Source: Octopus vulgaris
Taxonomy: Eukaryota
Direction: 5' to 3'
Length of the DNA: 62,000 nt
Assembly (NCBI GenBank): GCA_951406725.2
Contig: OX597814.1
Location: 169,280,001-169,342,000 of the forward strand
The notes under the pieces are model-generated. The model was not told the DNA's origin and searched no databases. It was given only the letters and a program-made list of their open reading frames with translations. The position numbers and the translations under genes are program-made. This document shows, one piece after another, positions 1 to 13,925 of this stretch; positions within the stretch are counted from its first letter, which is position 1, and every line of letters begins with the position of its first letter.

Positions 1-1690
1 TCTCTAGTAGATGAACAGGGGCACGAATTGATCGAGCTAAGTAAAATGTGTGAGGCCTTAAATGGACGGACGGCATGACATCTTTCATCACTGTCTGATG
101 GCACCTACACATGTCAAAGTAGCGCTACATCAGTTCAACTGATTAAACTGGAACATCTCATCTCGGATCAATACAAATTTCATCTGAGACCATCGATACT
201 TGAGGATCCTGAGCTGCTTCCACTGTGGCTCGTTCGCCTGATAGATCTGGAATACGCGGTGTATATACATCATCATCACATTTATCGTCCGTCCATGTCT
301 CGGTTCTATACGTATTGACTAGAGGATAGCTGAGGGACTGCACCAGCACCATGGCACTGCTGGAGCGTGTCTGCATACCAACCACGTCATAGTGTCTAGC
401 CACGAGCACATTGGTCGGCGAGACACTGAACTACAAGCAAAAAAAATCAACGGGAAGAGTCAAGGCTTGACTAGGCACTGGAAAACCACATCAAGCGCCT
501 CGTGTGCCGGACCAAGACTGTTGGTGGAAGAGAGTTGTAGTGGTCGGAGTGGCAATGGGCGAGTGGTCGCACAACATTGCGTCCATCTACTATCTTCGCC
601 TTGCGTCCCGATTATTTTCTTGTGGAAAGGATGCGTCACAAAAGCGATCCATTTGCTGTGCGTGAGCTGTTCTGTCAGACTGAGACCCATCTAGCACTGT
701 AGACGGGTGAACAGTGTGGTCGCCGTTTGTGACACCTTCCCGCAGCTCGTCTCCAGCTGCAGTCTGGATCAAAAAGAGGCCGAGGAAGGGCGAATGGCAT
801 GGCCGCGTTGTCGTAAGTGACTTCAACACAACCAAAGCATTCTATAGTTAGTGGGGAGTCGGGGCGAACCTGGACGTCGGAGGAGTACCTGACCCGCCGG
901 AGGACGACTTTCGGGCCAGGGCCCAACTCAGAGATCTGGCCTGGCAGTGCTAGAAGCGCCGAGCTCTACAGACACGGCTCGAGAAACGGGGCCGACCTGC
1001 CCGAGATGCGGTCAGAGCCGAAAGCAACGGACCGCCTGTGGGCTTATGTCGAACAACTGCTGTCACGTGTGGGACGAGTCGGTTTATCAGCTGAGTCTAT
1101 CGTCAATATTGTCACGCCTCCTTCCTTCAAACGGGAAGGAAGAGCTATTTTCATCATCCTTGTGGCTATGGCGAAAGAATGTATCTGGTGGACGCGTTCT
1201 GAAAGGATTGGAGCAAACACTTCCTCTCTGGTCAATCTCTCATCAAACTTGTACCATTTGAAAAGAAACTGAGTAGGCAAGTTCCAAATTTTAGAAAGAT
1301 GGGTGAATGTAGCAAGAATCACGTATGAATGACGAAGCCACCAGCATAGTCCTATGAACCCAGAAATCGAAAACAGAGAGTTGCTTATTTGCAAAAAAAA
1401 AAAAATCATCATAAAATGTGACTTCATTGACCGAGGTTACCGTGGTCTTTCCCCTTCTCTTCTTTTTCTTTTACATTCATACATTATATATATATATTTA
1501 TATATTTATTTTTTTTTTTTTGACCCCTTTCTTTTTTACGATCCTTAAACTCCCCTTACTTTTTTTTAATAAGCTCTACCTTGTAATTTGTTCTATCTGT
1601 GTGCAGCCCTGTGTGGCTAAAAAGAAACATATCTATATATCTATCTATCTATCTATCTATAACTATCTATCTATCATATTTTGTCTCTTT
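1..1690 (+). mobile_element. Degenerate, 5'-incomplete Tx1/L1-clade non-LTR retrotransposon (RT remnant, C-terminal Cys region, 3'UTR, (ATCT)n tail)
   Basis: Frameshifted pieces align with the copy at 53.85-55.75 kb: VIVSSHEH...KINGKSQGL, PTCPRCGQS, LWAYVEQLLSRVG...AMAKECIWWTR (AKxxxWWTR motif shared). Ends in agccctgtgtggctaaaaagaaa, then an ATCT repeat. Confidence 0.8.
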
Positions 1691-2372
1691 ATTTTGTCTC
1701 TCATTACACACCTATACACAGCCATGGTTGCTTGCTTATCTTTATCTCTCTCTATCAAGTGTTTGTATATATAAATGGTCCACCATATTGGACGGTTCTG
1801 TCTGGGATCTATGCAAATCAATCAGTTCCAGTCTGTCTACCTGTCTGCTGCTATCCCACTCTTAGTGTAGCTGCTTACCAGTTGTACATGCATCAGATGT
1901 AACACTTATATATATAATTTTTAATAAGTAATTTAAAAAACTGATAAATATATGTTTTAAAAGTGTATAATCTCAATAAAAGTTTTCAACTTTCTCTTCA
2001 GAGTAATGATGCATAATTAAAGACATATAATTTATTTGTTTCACATACTGTGTAAGCAATCATTTTGAAAAAAGCATATTAAAATATTAGTGTTAAAACA
2101 AACAGAAGGTTCTCACAGAACAAACATACACTGCATCTACCTACAACAAGTTATTAAAAATCCAAATACTATATATAACAGATTTAGTGACTTACATAAG
2201 ATCATCTCGCTGAATAAGAGATATAAAACTACAATTCATTACGTACTTGAGCAGATATTATCTTGGCAAATATACAATACTAGATTATATCTTTTATTTA
2301 TCCATTCACATTATATATGGTATGTTTATAATATATTATTTATTATAAACATATATATTTTTTCTTATACAT

Positions 2373-2609
2373 TTATATATATATATATATATTATATATA
2401 TTTACTGTGTTTGTCCCATCACTTCTGCTATGTATATAGCTAAGTATAGCGATAGAATCACACAGATATGGGACATTTATTACTAATAGTGAATATGTGT
2501 GTGGTATCATATGACTGAAAGTATAGTAGACATATATATTATTGTATATGTATATATATGTATATATATATATTTTTTTTATATATATATATATTTGTTG
2601 TTGTATATA

Positions 2610-2670
<61 letters not shown>

Positions 2671-3093
2671 AAACATATAAATAAACACACAGAGAAATAT
2701 AACATAAAAAAAGAAAAAGAGAAAAAAAAAAAAAAAAAAATAAAAAAAAAAAAGAAAAAAAAAAGAAATGAAAAAAAAAAAAATAATATAAAAATAAATA
2801 TAATAAAAGAAAAAAAAAAAGGGATAAAATAAAAATAGGAGAGGGAAGGGAGAAAGGAAATATAAGAGAAAAGAGTGGATAAATAAGAAAGAATAAGAAA
2901 GGCAAAAAAATAGAATAAATAAAAAAATAAAAAAAAAAAAAAAAAAAAAAAAGCAAAAAAAGAAGAAAAAAAGAAAAGAAAAAAAGGGTGATGAAAAAAA
3001 AAAAAAAAAAAGTAAAAAAAAAAAAAAAAAGAAAAGGAAATGACAAACAAAAAAAAAAAAAAATAAATACAAACAAAAACAAAAAAAAAAACA

Positions 3094-3128
<35 letters not shown>

Positions 3129-3379
3129 CTAAAACATAAAATAAAAATAATACATATATAAAACAAACACACACACACACACCAAAACACACATAACACA
3201 AAAAAAAAAAACAAATAACACAAAAAAAAACCAAACAACAAACACAACAACACAACAAAACAAAAAACCACAATATATAATATATAATAATAAATATAAA
3301 AATAAATAATATACATAAAAATATAAATATAATATACATATAATAATATATACACACACAACACAATAATATACACAAA

Positions 3380-3435
<56 letters not shown>

Positions 3436-3450
3436 ATATATGTATGTATG

Positions 3451-3483
<33 letters not shown>

Positions 3484-3520
3484 ATATGTATGTATGTATA
3501 TATATATATATATGTGTATG

Positions 3521-3582
<62 letters not shown>

Positions 3583-3680
3583 CACACACACACACCCCAT
3601 TCATACATAACCTTAAATATGTATTTACATATGTATATGTGAATATACTTGTGTGTGTGTGTGTGTCTGTCTGTCACTCT
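2373..3680. repeat. Low-complexity tract: (TA)n, noisy A-rich purine run, (CA)/(TA) mix
   Basis: Composition read directly; overlapping ORFs are poly-I/Y/K/F artefacts. Confidence 0.9.
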
Positions 3681-3954
3681 GCTTGTAATGTTTCTCCAGA
3701 ACCAATATAGGTTAACTTTATTGATAATATGTAATATACAAAATATGAAAAAGGAATATATGTGTCATGTTAAAATTTTGCTCTTTTTAGATATACTTTC
3801 ATGCAGACACAAAAACACTCATCTATATACACATAGATACATGTGCACTCACATGCGTGTCTGCTCATATGCATGTGTATATTCCAATTATATTCCAAGT
3901 ATATATGTGTAGAGAAACATATAACTGTTATGTGTATGTGTGAATATCTGTATG

Positions 3955-4006
<52 letters not shown>

Positions 4007-4027
4007 GTGTGTATGTATGTATGTATG

Positions 4028-4058
<31 letters not shown>

Positions 4059-4074
4059 GTATATATATATATAT

Positions 4075-4432
4075 ATAATAAATAGATGAGTGTATTTTTA
4101 CCTTGTTAACAATTAACATGAAAAAAAAAAAAAAAATAGTTACCAGGGCAGCAAAAATCTCACAAGTAAAGGTGTTGTAACTCCTTGTTTATAAAGGTAG
4201 AAACTTCGTGTTTACGTTGAATATTAATAGCGTTCTGTCAATCGCTATACAAATCCATCATTTTTTGCTAAAGTGTCTTATTCACGAGTTTCGTTTTTTT
4301 CACTTTCCTGAGGAGAAGATTGCATTGTTTATACCATTTATTCTTTTGAATAGTATCAGTGGAATTTCGAAACATATGTCGAAAGTAAAAATATTTGATT
4401 ACACCTGCGTTAAATTCCATTTATTTATTCAT
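4075..4432 (+). mobile_element. Short hammerhead-bearing element between TA runs (Penelope pLTR/retrozyme-like)
   Basis: Non-repetitive ~350 bp block bounded by (TA)n on both sides and containing the hammerhead fold; family assignment is inference. Confidence 0.45.
4302..4386 (+). ncRNA. Putative type I hammerhead ribozyme with intact core
   Basis: Stem I actttc(4302-07)/gaaagt(4381-86); CTGAGGA 4308-14; long imperfect stem II 4315-68; GAAAC 4369-73; palindromic stem III ACATATGT; GTC cleavage triplet 4378-80. Confidence 0.75.
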
Positions 4433-4494
4433 ATATATATATATATATATTTAGCTGCACTTTTACAATGACTTATATTCATGTGTTATTACTC

Positions 4495-4905
4495 TTTTAC
4501 TCTTACTTGCTTCAGTCATTTGACTGTGGCCATACTGGAGCACTGCCTTTAGTCAAGCAAATCGACCCCAAGACTTATTCTTTGTATGTCTAGTACTTAT
4601 TCTATTGGTCTCTTTTGCCGAACCACTAAGTTACAGGGACATAAACACACAAATATTGGTGGTCAAGCGATGTTGAGGGGACAAACACAGACACACAAAC
4701 ATATACACACATATACATACATATACATATATATATATATATACATATATACAACGAGCTTCTTTCAGTTTCCGTCTTCCAAATCTACTCACAAGACTTT
4801 GGTCAGCCTGAGGCTATAGTGACACTTGCCCAAGGTGCCACGCAGGGGGACTGAACCCAGAACCATGTGGTTCGTAGCAAGCTACTAATCACACAGCCAC
4901 TCCTA
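4495..4905 (-). mobile_element. tRNA-derived SINE family A (CORE-like ggcaccttgggcaag motif, internal microsatellite)
   Basis: Matches many copies in the window; tail (ctctttta)n on + strand, Pol III-like head near 4860-4905. Confidence 0.85.
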
Positions 4906-5689
4906 CACCCATATTCTTTATATTTTGTATTTTGTATTGCAATTAGTAAATAATGGCTCCATTGATCACAGGTTTCCAAAATGTCAATCACTGGTCAATG
5001 GTTCATTGCATTTCTGATGAAGAGAATGGCGCAGTAATATCTGTGTAACTAGGGGCAGAGTAAATATCACAAGGGACTGCATTAGAAATACATTCTTTTT
5101 CCATGTCTTTTGCTAATGCCTACTTACATCTGTAACTGATAAACTGATAGACATTGAAAAATGCATACAGAAAGGACAGGCATACATATTAGGTCTGACT
5201 GTGTCATTGAGAAGTATATATATATGTGTGTGTGTATGTATGTATGTATGTATGTATGTATATATATAAATATACACATACATACATACACACAAACATG
5301 CATACATACATACATACATACATATATATATATAAATAATATATAAATATATGCATATATACATACACATATGTACATACCTACATATATATGTATATAT
5401 ACATGCATATATGGGTACAGGATATCAAAAAAGCTTTGAACGCAATGAGAAACAAAAACATAAAAACCAACTCTTTTTTGAACAATGAAAAAAACAAACT
5501 GGGAAACAAGACATGCAACATAAAAGAATATTTTCCTGCTTCAGTTGTCCCTGTTTCATCTACTCCACGTTTCGAAGGCAAGGACAATACGCAACTTCGT
5601 TGAAACAGTCCTTCCCACAAAACAAATTAAATTAAATTTGGGATTTGTTGCAGAGGATGAAAGTGCTAACAAGAACAGGACAGTGAGAA

Positions 5690-6050
5690 AAAATCTCAAA
5701 TTTTCCAGCCTTTTTTGTATGATGTGGTGAATGCACTATTTGCCTTGTCTAATTTATTGTTGACTTTTTTTCTCAATTTTGGCATCTGATGAGGAGGCGT
5801 ACCCTAGGTAGGTGAACTGTTTGACTCTCTTTAGTCCATTCTTCCTGATGTTGATGTGAGGTGGGTAATATTCTTGCTGTGGTGTGGGTTGATGGAGGAT
5901 TTTTGTTTTCTTTAAACTAACTTCTAGGCCAAAGTGCCTGGCAAAGCAAGAAGTAATGCATTGCAGGCCTATCTCTGTGTGGGAAATAAGGGCAGCAGTA
6001 TTGGCTATTTGCAACATCAGTGACTGAAAAGTCACTGTTATTCTATATAT
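5690..6050 (-). pseudogene. RTE-clade (BovB-like) LINE reverse transcriptase fragment
   Basis: ORF 5754-6035: AALISHTE...FGLEVSLKKTKILHQPTPQQEYYPPHINI...VKQFTYLG...SSDAKIE, typical RTE post-YADD region. Confidence 0.85.
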
Positions 6051-7914
6051 ATATCATTGGTAGTGACATTTGGCTGGTATGTGGCAAGCAGATCCCTGCC
6101 ACTGAGGAAGTGCAGTATGCTAAAATCACATGATCATACAGTTCTGGCACTCATACCAGATGATTCTCATCAGTTAACATAATATGTCTGTGCTCTTAGC
6201 ACCATACATCCATATGAGATCTCTCAAGGTGAGTGCTACAGTAGTTGGTATTCTAATAATACATCTTCATTAAATAGGAGATAAAAATTGCCACATGCAC
6301 ACACACACACACGCACACACATGATAGGATATTTTTAGTTTCCTTCTACCAAATCTACTCATAAAGCTTTAGTTGGACCAAGGCTATAGTAAAAGACATT
6401 TGTCGAAGGTGCTGCCATGCAGTGAATCTGAACCTGAAACCACAATGTCTTGAGGTGAGTTTCTTAACCACACAGTCATGCTTGCGCCTTGTAAAATCTG
6501 AAAGGAATTAACTAAAGCACTGAAATATCAGATGATACAGAAATTCTACAAATCCAAAACACACTACACACTCATCCTTATGAAAATAAGAAGGGGGAAA
6601 AAAAAAACTAAATAAATAAAACAAATAGGTACACACACACACACACTCACACACATTCACATACACCAAGCCAAATTGCCCTGTAAAACCAAACAAAAAA
6701 AAAAAAAAAGAAAAAATGTTCTTCAATAGCCAAATAGTTTCTATTGATATCCAGACACACAGTAATGAATTCTATTGATTGATCTTTTGACTGTCTTTAT
6801 AACTATCAATCATTGTATTGTATTTGATATTATCCAAATAGATACTGCCGCTCGTGGTTTTGTTTGCAATTGGTTTCATTTCTTTTCAATGTTTTCATTC
6901 TTTTTCTTTAAACCCTTTTAATACCAACCTGCCTGGTTCTTTAATAAAACCTTCTTGTTCTAAAGTAATCTAAATTAAAGCCTTTTATTGAAATTTCATG
7001 TCAATTATGTCTCAAACATCAGCTTAATTATGACTAAGTTATTTTATGAAATTCTTTATTATCGAAATTTGTTTAAAGAAATAAAATATATTACTACATG
7101 AATTTTGCAACAAAAGTGTGAAAGAATGATCTAGAATCAGATGATCCTTGCTGCTCAAATGCAGTGTGACTCAAGATAGGTAGACTTTCTAAGCTTTCTA
7201 CTATAGGTTTTTGCAGTCGTTTTCATACGTTTGTCATTCAATTTGATAATCGGGTCATTCAAAGTTGCGAAAAAATTATCGGAGAGTAAAAGAGTAAAAG
7301 AGTAAAAAAAAGCCATGAAGTTAGACATTCAAATTAATTTTTCGATCATTCAATTTCGCACTTTGGTCATATAATTTAGCATTTACATCATTCAAATTAA
7401 AATGCCCACCGGGAACATTCAAATTAGTCAGAATGTAAGGAAGTATCTTCTTGAGCCTTCAAATTCATTTTGGAACAATCTATTTAACACTTCAAGCAAT
7501 CAAATTAGCATGATAGCCATTTTGGCTTTATCTCATAATCATTGTTATCATAATCATGTGTTTTCATCTACTATTTATGCTTTAAGCTCATATCTTTTCT
7601 ACATATTCTTTTATTTTTGCATAAGTACATGTATTTATAGTTAAGGACTTCATGAAATCACATTCAAGCCTTTACAATTTTTTAAAGAAACTCACAATTA
7701 CAACAAATGCTCATTTTCTTTGGTTTTGAATACATTGTGTTGTGAAATGTGTTCTTCCTTTGCATAATATGTCTTGCTGGGAAAAGTATATATTTCTTTG
7801 ATTTTGCATTCTTTCTTTCATTGTGGAAAGGGTGCTATGCACACTAAAATAATGATTGATATACATTTTTGATAAGGAGAGTTTGAGAGAATTTAGCCAT
7901 CTATTTTCTGGTGG

Positions 7915-8310
7915 TTGAGGCATCTCAGGAGTTAGGTCTGGGTGTCTCTATACCAACAAACACGATTTTCTGGAGTGATAGCGTTGATGTTACACCTTGC
8001 AACCTGTTGTACGACATGTGCTTGCCATTCTTCCATGGTCTAGTCAGCTTCTTCTGGAGCTGCCCAGTTACCAACCTTTTGCTGCAACTCAGCTTGAGTG
8101 AGGTCCCATTTCATGGCCGCCTTAAAGGCAGAATGTGCCATTTCCTTACTATTAAGAAACAGCAAGTAGGGAGGAAAGAGTTTCAGACTGAGCCATGTGT
8201 TGGCATCAGCTGGGAGCTCGGCACAAATGTGAGAACATGTTGGCACATGCTCAAACTGTTTCTGCCAAGAACTCCTCGAAAGAATTTCATGTAATTGTAT
8301 TGTTCACAAT
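7915..8310 (-). pseudogene. Tc1/IS630-like DDE transposase C-terminal remnant
   Basis: LKLFPPYLLFLNSKEMAHSAFK resembles a decayed LPPYSPxLNPIE motif, followed through a stop by ...INAITPENRVCWYRDTQT. Confidence 0.65.
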
Positions 8311-8445
8311 GGAGTGGTGAACCAGGCAAATTGGAGACTGGTGCAGCCATCTGGTTCGCCAGTTCTCAGTCAAATCGTCCAACCCATGCTAACATGGAAA
8401 GCGGACGTTAAACGATGATGATGATGATGATGATGATGATGATCT
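8310..8445 (+). mobile_element. RTE 3'-tail fragment ending aaagcggacgttaaacgat(gat)n
   Basis: Same terminus as the RTE at 50280-51305; many copies in the window (e.g. 10350-10540, 23505-23740, 34200-34400, 55461-55618, 58620-58920, 60950-61130). Confidence 0.8.
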
Positions 8446-9354
8446 CGTCTTCTTCACATGAAAAGATGCCTCATTATGATGGTCCATGGCATCATAACAA
8501 ACACGAGACTGACCTGCTAGAAACACCAGCAAAACCTCCTTCAATCATCTTAGTAAAAGAAAGCATTGTACAGTTGTTCTCGATACACAAACAGACGAGG
8601 TGGTCACTGCTGGACATCTATGATCACATAGGTCTGTTCATTTAAAATTTACTAGGGGGCTAAATAACCATGACAATAACAAAAATGATGACAATGATAG
8701 CCGCAACATCAGCAACAACAACAAGCACAGTGAGAAATTCCTTGCTGTAGAACATCCAGTAAACACTGAAATAAACTAGAGAACCTCCTGCTGCTTAGTT
8801 TATTCAATGTGTTGAAATGCCAAACCAATTTGCTATTCATTAACTTGCACTAGCTCCAAAGAACAATCCTACCAATTTAGAATTTCATGGATACAGGCTG
8901 GATTACAGTTTCTTGTATTTTCGGTATGTAATTATGTAGCTCTACCTCATCTGTTGCTATCAAATATATATAAATATATCTAAAAAAAAAAGGTAAAGAA
9001 AAACCAGAGGCCGTCACTGTATTTTATCAAATTTGTTTCTTAAGACTGATTAAATGTTTACTCTGGAACTTTGGAAAAAAATAATTTTGCAAAAAAAAAA
9101 AAAATTAGAAAAAATAAATTAGACTCTGGAGGATGAGGATAATGATATTGTGGATGAAGTGAGAGATGAGGGAAGCTCCTGTGACCTTTGCATCTTCCTA
9201 CCAAACTGTTGAAGTCAATGTGGTTGATGTTCGGAGTGAACTTCTGAAGATCATCATCATCATCATCATCACCACCATCAACACCATTACCACCACCACC
9301 ACCACCACCACCACCACCACCACCACCACCACAAAAACCACCACCACCACAAAA

Positions 9355-9385
<31 letters not shown>

Positions 9386-9587
9386 TCGTTTTTAATGTTC
9401 ATTTTTCCGAGCTTGCATAGGTCGGATGCAATTTGTTGAGATTGATCTATGGTTGGATGCCCTTCCTGTCACAAACCTTCGTCTGCATATGTATATGAAT
9501 ATGTATATATATATGTATATATATGTGTATATATGTATACATATGTGTATATATATATAAGCTGGCAACTTGGTCTGTCCACCACAG

Positions 9588-9624
<37 letters not shown>

Positions 9625-9632
9625 TATATACA

Positions 9633-9663
<31 letters not shown>

Positions 9664-9679
9664 GTATGTATTATATACA

Positions 9680-9710
<31 letters not shown>

Positions 9711-9736
9711 GTATATATACAAACATACATACATAT

Positions 9737-9788
<52 letters not shown>

Positions 9789-10087
9789 TGTGGTGGACAG
9801 ACCAAGTTGCCAGCTTGCCTGATAGCAAGTGGGCCTCTGCATCATTAGAATCCATATATGGGGGCCCATGTTAGTATCAAGTTTGAGAATTTTTTACTCA
9901 CTCCTGGAAGAATACATTAATTATTTCAGCCTGGCTGTGTTTGTAGACAGTTGAAAAGATTATTTTTAACAAAAAAAAAAAAATTAAATTATAGCATTGT
10001 AGTTGCGGGTGGGTCCCCTTAGTCTCCTGGCAACCAATGTTTTTAGACCTAGTCCGCCACTGTATACATAAGTGTGTGTATATACGA

Positions 10088-10139
<52 letters not shown>

Positions 10140-10559
10140 ATAGATATATATAGGTATATAGATATATAGATATATATATACACACACATATATATATACC
10201 ATACAGGGGAACCATCTCAAAAGGTTTTATTTTTTTTAAAGCCTGGTACTCATTTTGTTGGTCTCTTTTGTGGAACTGTTATGCTATGTGGACATAAACA
10301 AACTAACACCAGTTGTTAAGCTATGGTAAGGGACAAACACAAAGTCACATATCATCATCATCATCATCATCATCATCGTTTAACGTCCGTTTTCCGCGCT
10401 AGCACGGGTTGGACGGTTCGACCGGGGTCTGGGAAGCCAGGGGCCGCTCCAGGCTCCAGTCTGATTCTGGCAGAGTTTCTACGGCTGGATGCCCTTCCTA
10501 ACGCCAACCACTCCGTGAGTGGATTGGGTGCTTTTTACATATATATATATATATATATA

Positions 10560-10745
10560 TAGTTAATCCAAACAAGAAAGCACAAAAAAACACAACAATG
10601 CGAGGACGTGGAACAAATATAGTATTATTGGACACTCAGGAAAGAAGGAGGATTTAACGTTTCGAGCGGAGCTCTTCGTCGGAAACATAGGAGAAGGGAA
10701 GACAGATGAAAAAAAATCGCCAACGGTACACACGCGGTCACATTT
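10560..10745 (-). mobile_element. Short element between TA runs with a degenerate hammerhead (10652-10687)
   Basis: Minus strand gttt-CCGACGA-a-gagc-tcc-gctc-GAAACGTT-aaat: one core substitution (CTGA to CCGA), 4-bp stem II, palindromic AACGTT stem III. Confidence 0.5.
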
Positions 10746-13116
10746 ATATATATATTTATCTATGTATGTAGATGTCTATATATGTGTATGCTAGTGTAAA
10801 TTTTAATACTATGTATTGTTTTGGTGTTATCATGAGGTATACAGTATGTAAAATATTAACGATCTTCTGAGTTACTTTATTTCCCCCGAGGTATCAATCT
10901 ATATAAACCAGTGAAGATCAGCCAGAGACTTACATCGCTACATAGTCAACTTCAATATATTCTAGTCTGGTGAAGATTCTGAATGCAAATTCTGGCTAGG
11001 TGGAGTGATTGAGAGAGCTTTTAAAGTTGAGTTGTTTTATCTCTACCTGATAAAGAATAATATTTGAGCCGTCAAATTTATAAGTTTCAAGGATGGTTTT
11101 TCCCTTTAAGATATTAAAATGCCGCCAGAAATACAATAAAAGTTGTCTGCAAATATCTTTAGTACAATTTCATCATAATTTGACTAAGAATATGCTTGTG
11201 TATTGTGCTGTTATTTTTAATGTTATGGTGACCAGCCTGTGGTGGTATAGGTATTCAAACTATTTTGGTATTCTATTAGAATACCAAAATAGTTTGAACA
11301 CTACATTTCTCTAGAATTTATTAAAGCTGTTGCTATACCAAAGTCTAAGTATTTTAGTTCAATATTATTTCATTCTTGGCAATATCACATTAATTCCTCC
11401 TGCACCATATCTTGACTTTAACTGTTGTTAGGCTGTTATGAGGTACACATACTTTTGCTGGGCCAGAAAGGTGAGAAAATATTGTGAAAAGGCATTTGGT
11501 ATAGATCTCTCAATTTATCCATTTCTTACTTGTTTCAGTCAGACTGCAGCCATGCTGGGGCAACACCTTGAAGGATTTAGTCAAATAAACTGACACCAAG
11601 TACTTTTTGTTTCTCAAGTTTGGCACTTTTTGCCAAACTGCTGGGTTATGAGAACACAAACAAAGCAACACTGGTTGCCAAGTGGTGGTGGGGACAATCA
11701 TAAACACACATATTCACATGTGCACACACATATCATCATCATCATTACCACCACCACCACTACCACTACCACAACCACCAAAACCACCACCACAACCACA
11801 ACGACGACGACGACGACCACCACCACCACCACCACCATCACCACCATCATCATCATCATCATCATCATTTAACATCTGCTCTCCACATGTTGAGCTTCTT
11901 TCAATTTCTATCTACTAAATCCACTCACAGGCTTTGGTCAGCCCAAGGCTCTAGTAGAAGGTACTTGCCCAAGGTACCACACAATGGGACTGAATCCAGA
12001 ACCATGTGACTGGGAAGCAAACTTCTAATCACATAGCCACACCTGCACCTGTTTTCCTAATGTATCTTAAACAAGACATATTCACTGGCTATGGCCAAGC
12101 TGAAATACCACCTTCAAGGATATATTTACCAATTATACTCACTGTTCTCCCTCCCAATTCTTGTTGTATCAACTGGGACTTATTTTATCCACTTGAGAAA
12201 GATGATTTATCAGTTTGGGTCTGCATGGGATTTGAACTCAGAACATAAATGTTGTAACTAAAACCCTCGAAGTATTTAATTCTATAAATTATCGATTCTG
12301 CTATCTGTCTACCTTAATTAAATCTTTTTTTCATATTAAATAATAAGTAAATGCGCCCTTTTAAAGCCTAGTCAGGCTCATGGGCCCGGTTTCCTGGTTT
12401 CTATGGCGTATGTGTTCCTCAGCTGGATGGGACGCCATAACCACTAAGCCACGCACCTCCACTTTTCTTTTTACATATTACTGTTTCTTTTCCTTTTAAT
12501 TACCATCTACCTGTGCACCTATAAAATATAATGTAGACATCAAATATTTTCATATTATGACAGGCTATAGAGACAAGCACAAAATGTGTGTTCAGATGAG
12601 TATAACCTTCTGATGAGAAAAACAAAAATGTACTGATAGGAAATTAGATTACATGGAATATATTTTCTTCGTTTTCTCCAAGTGCCAGCCAGAATTGGAA
12701 TCCTGTCATGTCGGCTTGAATGCCCTATCTTGTAATAACAATGAAGGACAGGTTATAAATCAAAATGTGACTTTCACACTTCCTGTTAGCTATCAAAGCA
12801 ACAGTAAGATAGAAAGTTATGAAAATTGAAGCTGGCCTTCCGACATTATGCCAATGTCCAGAACATTCTACTGCATTCCACCATCATCCATTCTGCCTGT
12901 TAATCGTCGCTAACCATAGCCAAATATATCATTAAAGAGCACTGAGTATAAATGAGAATATCATATTGCTAACATCATAGAATAGAACACTACGTTTTTT
13001 TATATATATTTATATACCGCCACTTGATATGTGTGTATGCATGTGTATGTGAGTAAGAAGGTATTAGTGTATATGTGTGGAAATACAAGCATACATCATA
13101 CATAGACACATATTTA

Positions 13117-13225
13117 CATACATACTCTCTCACATTCGCTGCTACAAATACATACATACTCTCTCACATTCGCTGCTACAAATACATACATACTCTCTCA
13201 CATTCGCTGCTACAAATACATACAT
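13117..13225. repeat. Perfect 34-bp tandem repeat, about 3.2 copies
   Basis: Unit catacatactctctcacattcgctgctacaaata at 13117, 13151 and 13185. Confidence 0.95.
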
Positions 13226-13319
13226 CTAAACCTCAGTACTAAGACAGAAGTTGAAGAGTATGGTGAAGTTTGGATTGACAGATTGTGCAGGAAGAGAAAA
13301 ATTTAAAGAAAGAGATAAC

Positions 13320-13321
<2 letters not shown>

Positions 13322-13358
<37 letters not shown>

Positions 13359-13925
13359 AATTATTGTATACAGTGCTCAGGTGCACCACAACTTGTCAAA
13401 AGTGCGTATAAAGCATACGCAGTAATGTACAAATGTCTGGGAAGTGAGCAGTGTATGAGTCAGATACATGCTTGCATGTGTATGGAGGGGAGAAAATCAG
13501 GTGTAGTGTTGGTGAATCTCAGGAAGCATGGAAGTTTTGAAGGATGCAGTGCTCCGACAACTAACAACTGACGTCAGCAGTTTGCTCCATTCTTCAGTAA
13601 CTCTTAGTGTGAAAAAATGTTTCCGAAAGTCATGGGAGCTGTGCTGTTTTCTGACTTTGTAAACATGTCCACGGGTGTTAGACAGGTGAAGTTTGAAAAG
13701 GTGCTCAGAGTTATTGTTAGTAAGATGGTTAATAATTTTATGGGTGCCTGCGAAGTCAGCTGCCAGACGTCAGAGTTTCAATGTGTCCATGCCCAGGGAT
13801 GTAAGGCATTCAGAATATGGCAAATGCCTGATGGAGGGTATTCTCTTGGTTGCATGTCACTGAACGGTTTCCAGACGATTAATATCCTGGGCATATATCG
13901 AAGGTGAGAGCAGCGAATTCCCAAA
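13322..13925 (-). mobile_element. CR1-clade LINE 3' fragment with (ATT)n tail
   Basis: Minus translation AQDINRLETVQ*HATKRIPSIRHLPYSE...SNTRGHVYKVRKQHSSHDFRKHFFTLRVTEEWSKL...STASFK, a classic CR1 C-terminus; tail at 13322-13355. A ~50 bp 3' tip of the same family lies at 16437-16487. Confidence 0.85.

Noticed and set aside
2373-3680. Long ORFs of 241-353 aa
   Set aside because: Translations of TA, A-rich and CA tracts; the noisy A-rich part may also be poorly polished assembly consensus.
5010-5100. CTGATGA motifs here and near 6170, 12610, 30600 and 32715
   Set aside because: No downstream GAAA or supporting stems; expected by chance.
5535-5612. Possible hammerhead on the minus strand (..tcaacga-ag..cttc-GAAACGT..)
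   Set aside because: No recognisable CUGA core and no NUH in the expected register.
13117-13225. 34-bp repeats of CRISPR-like length
   Set aside because: Head-to-tail with no spacers, no cas genes, eukaryotic context.
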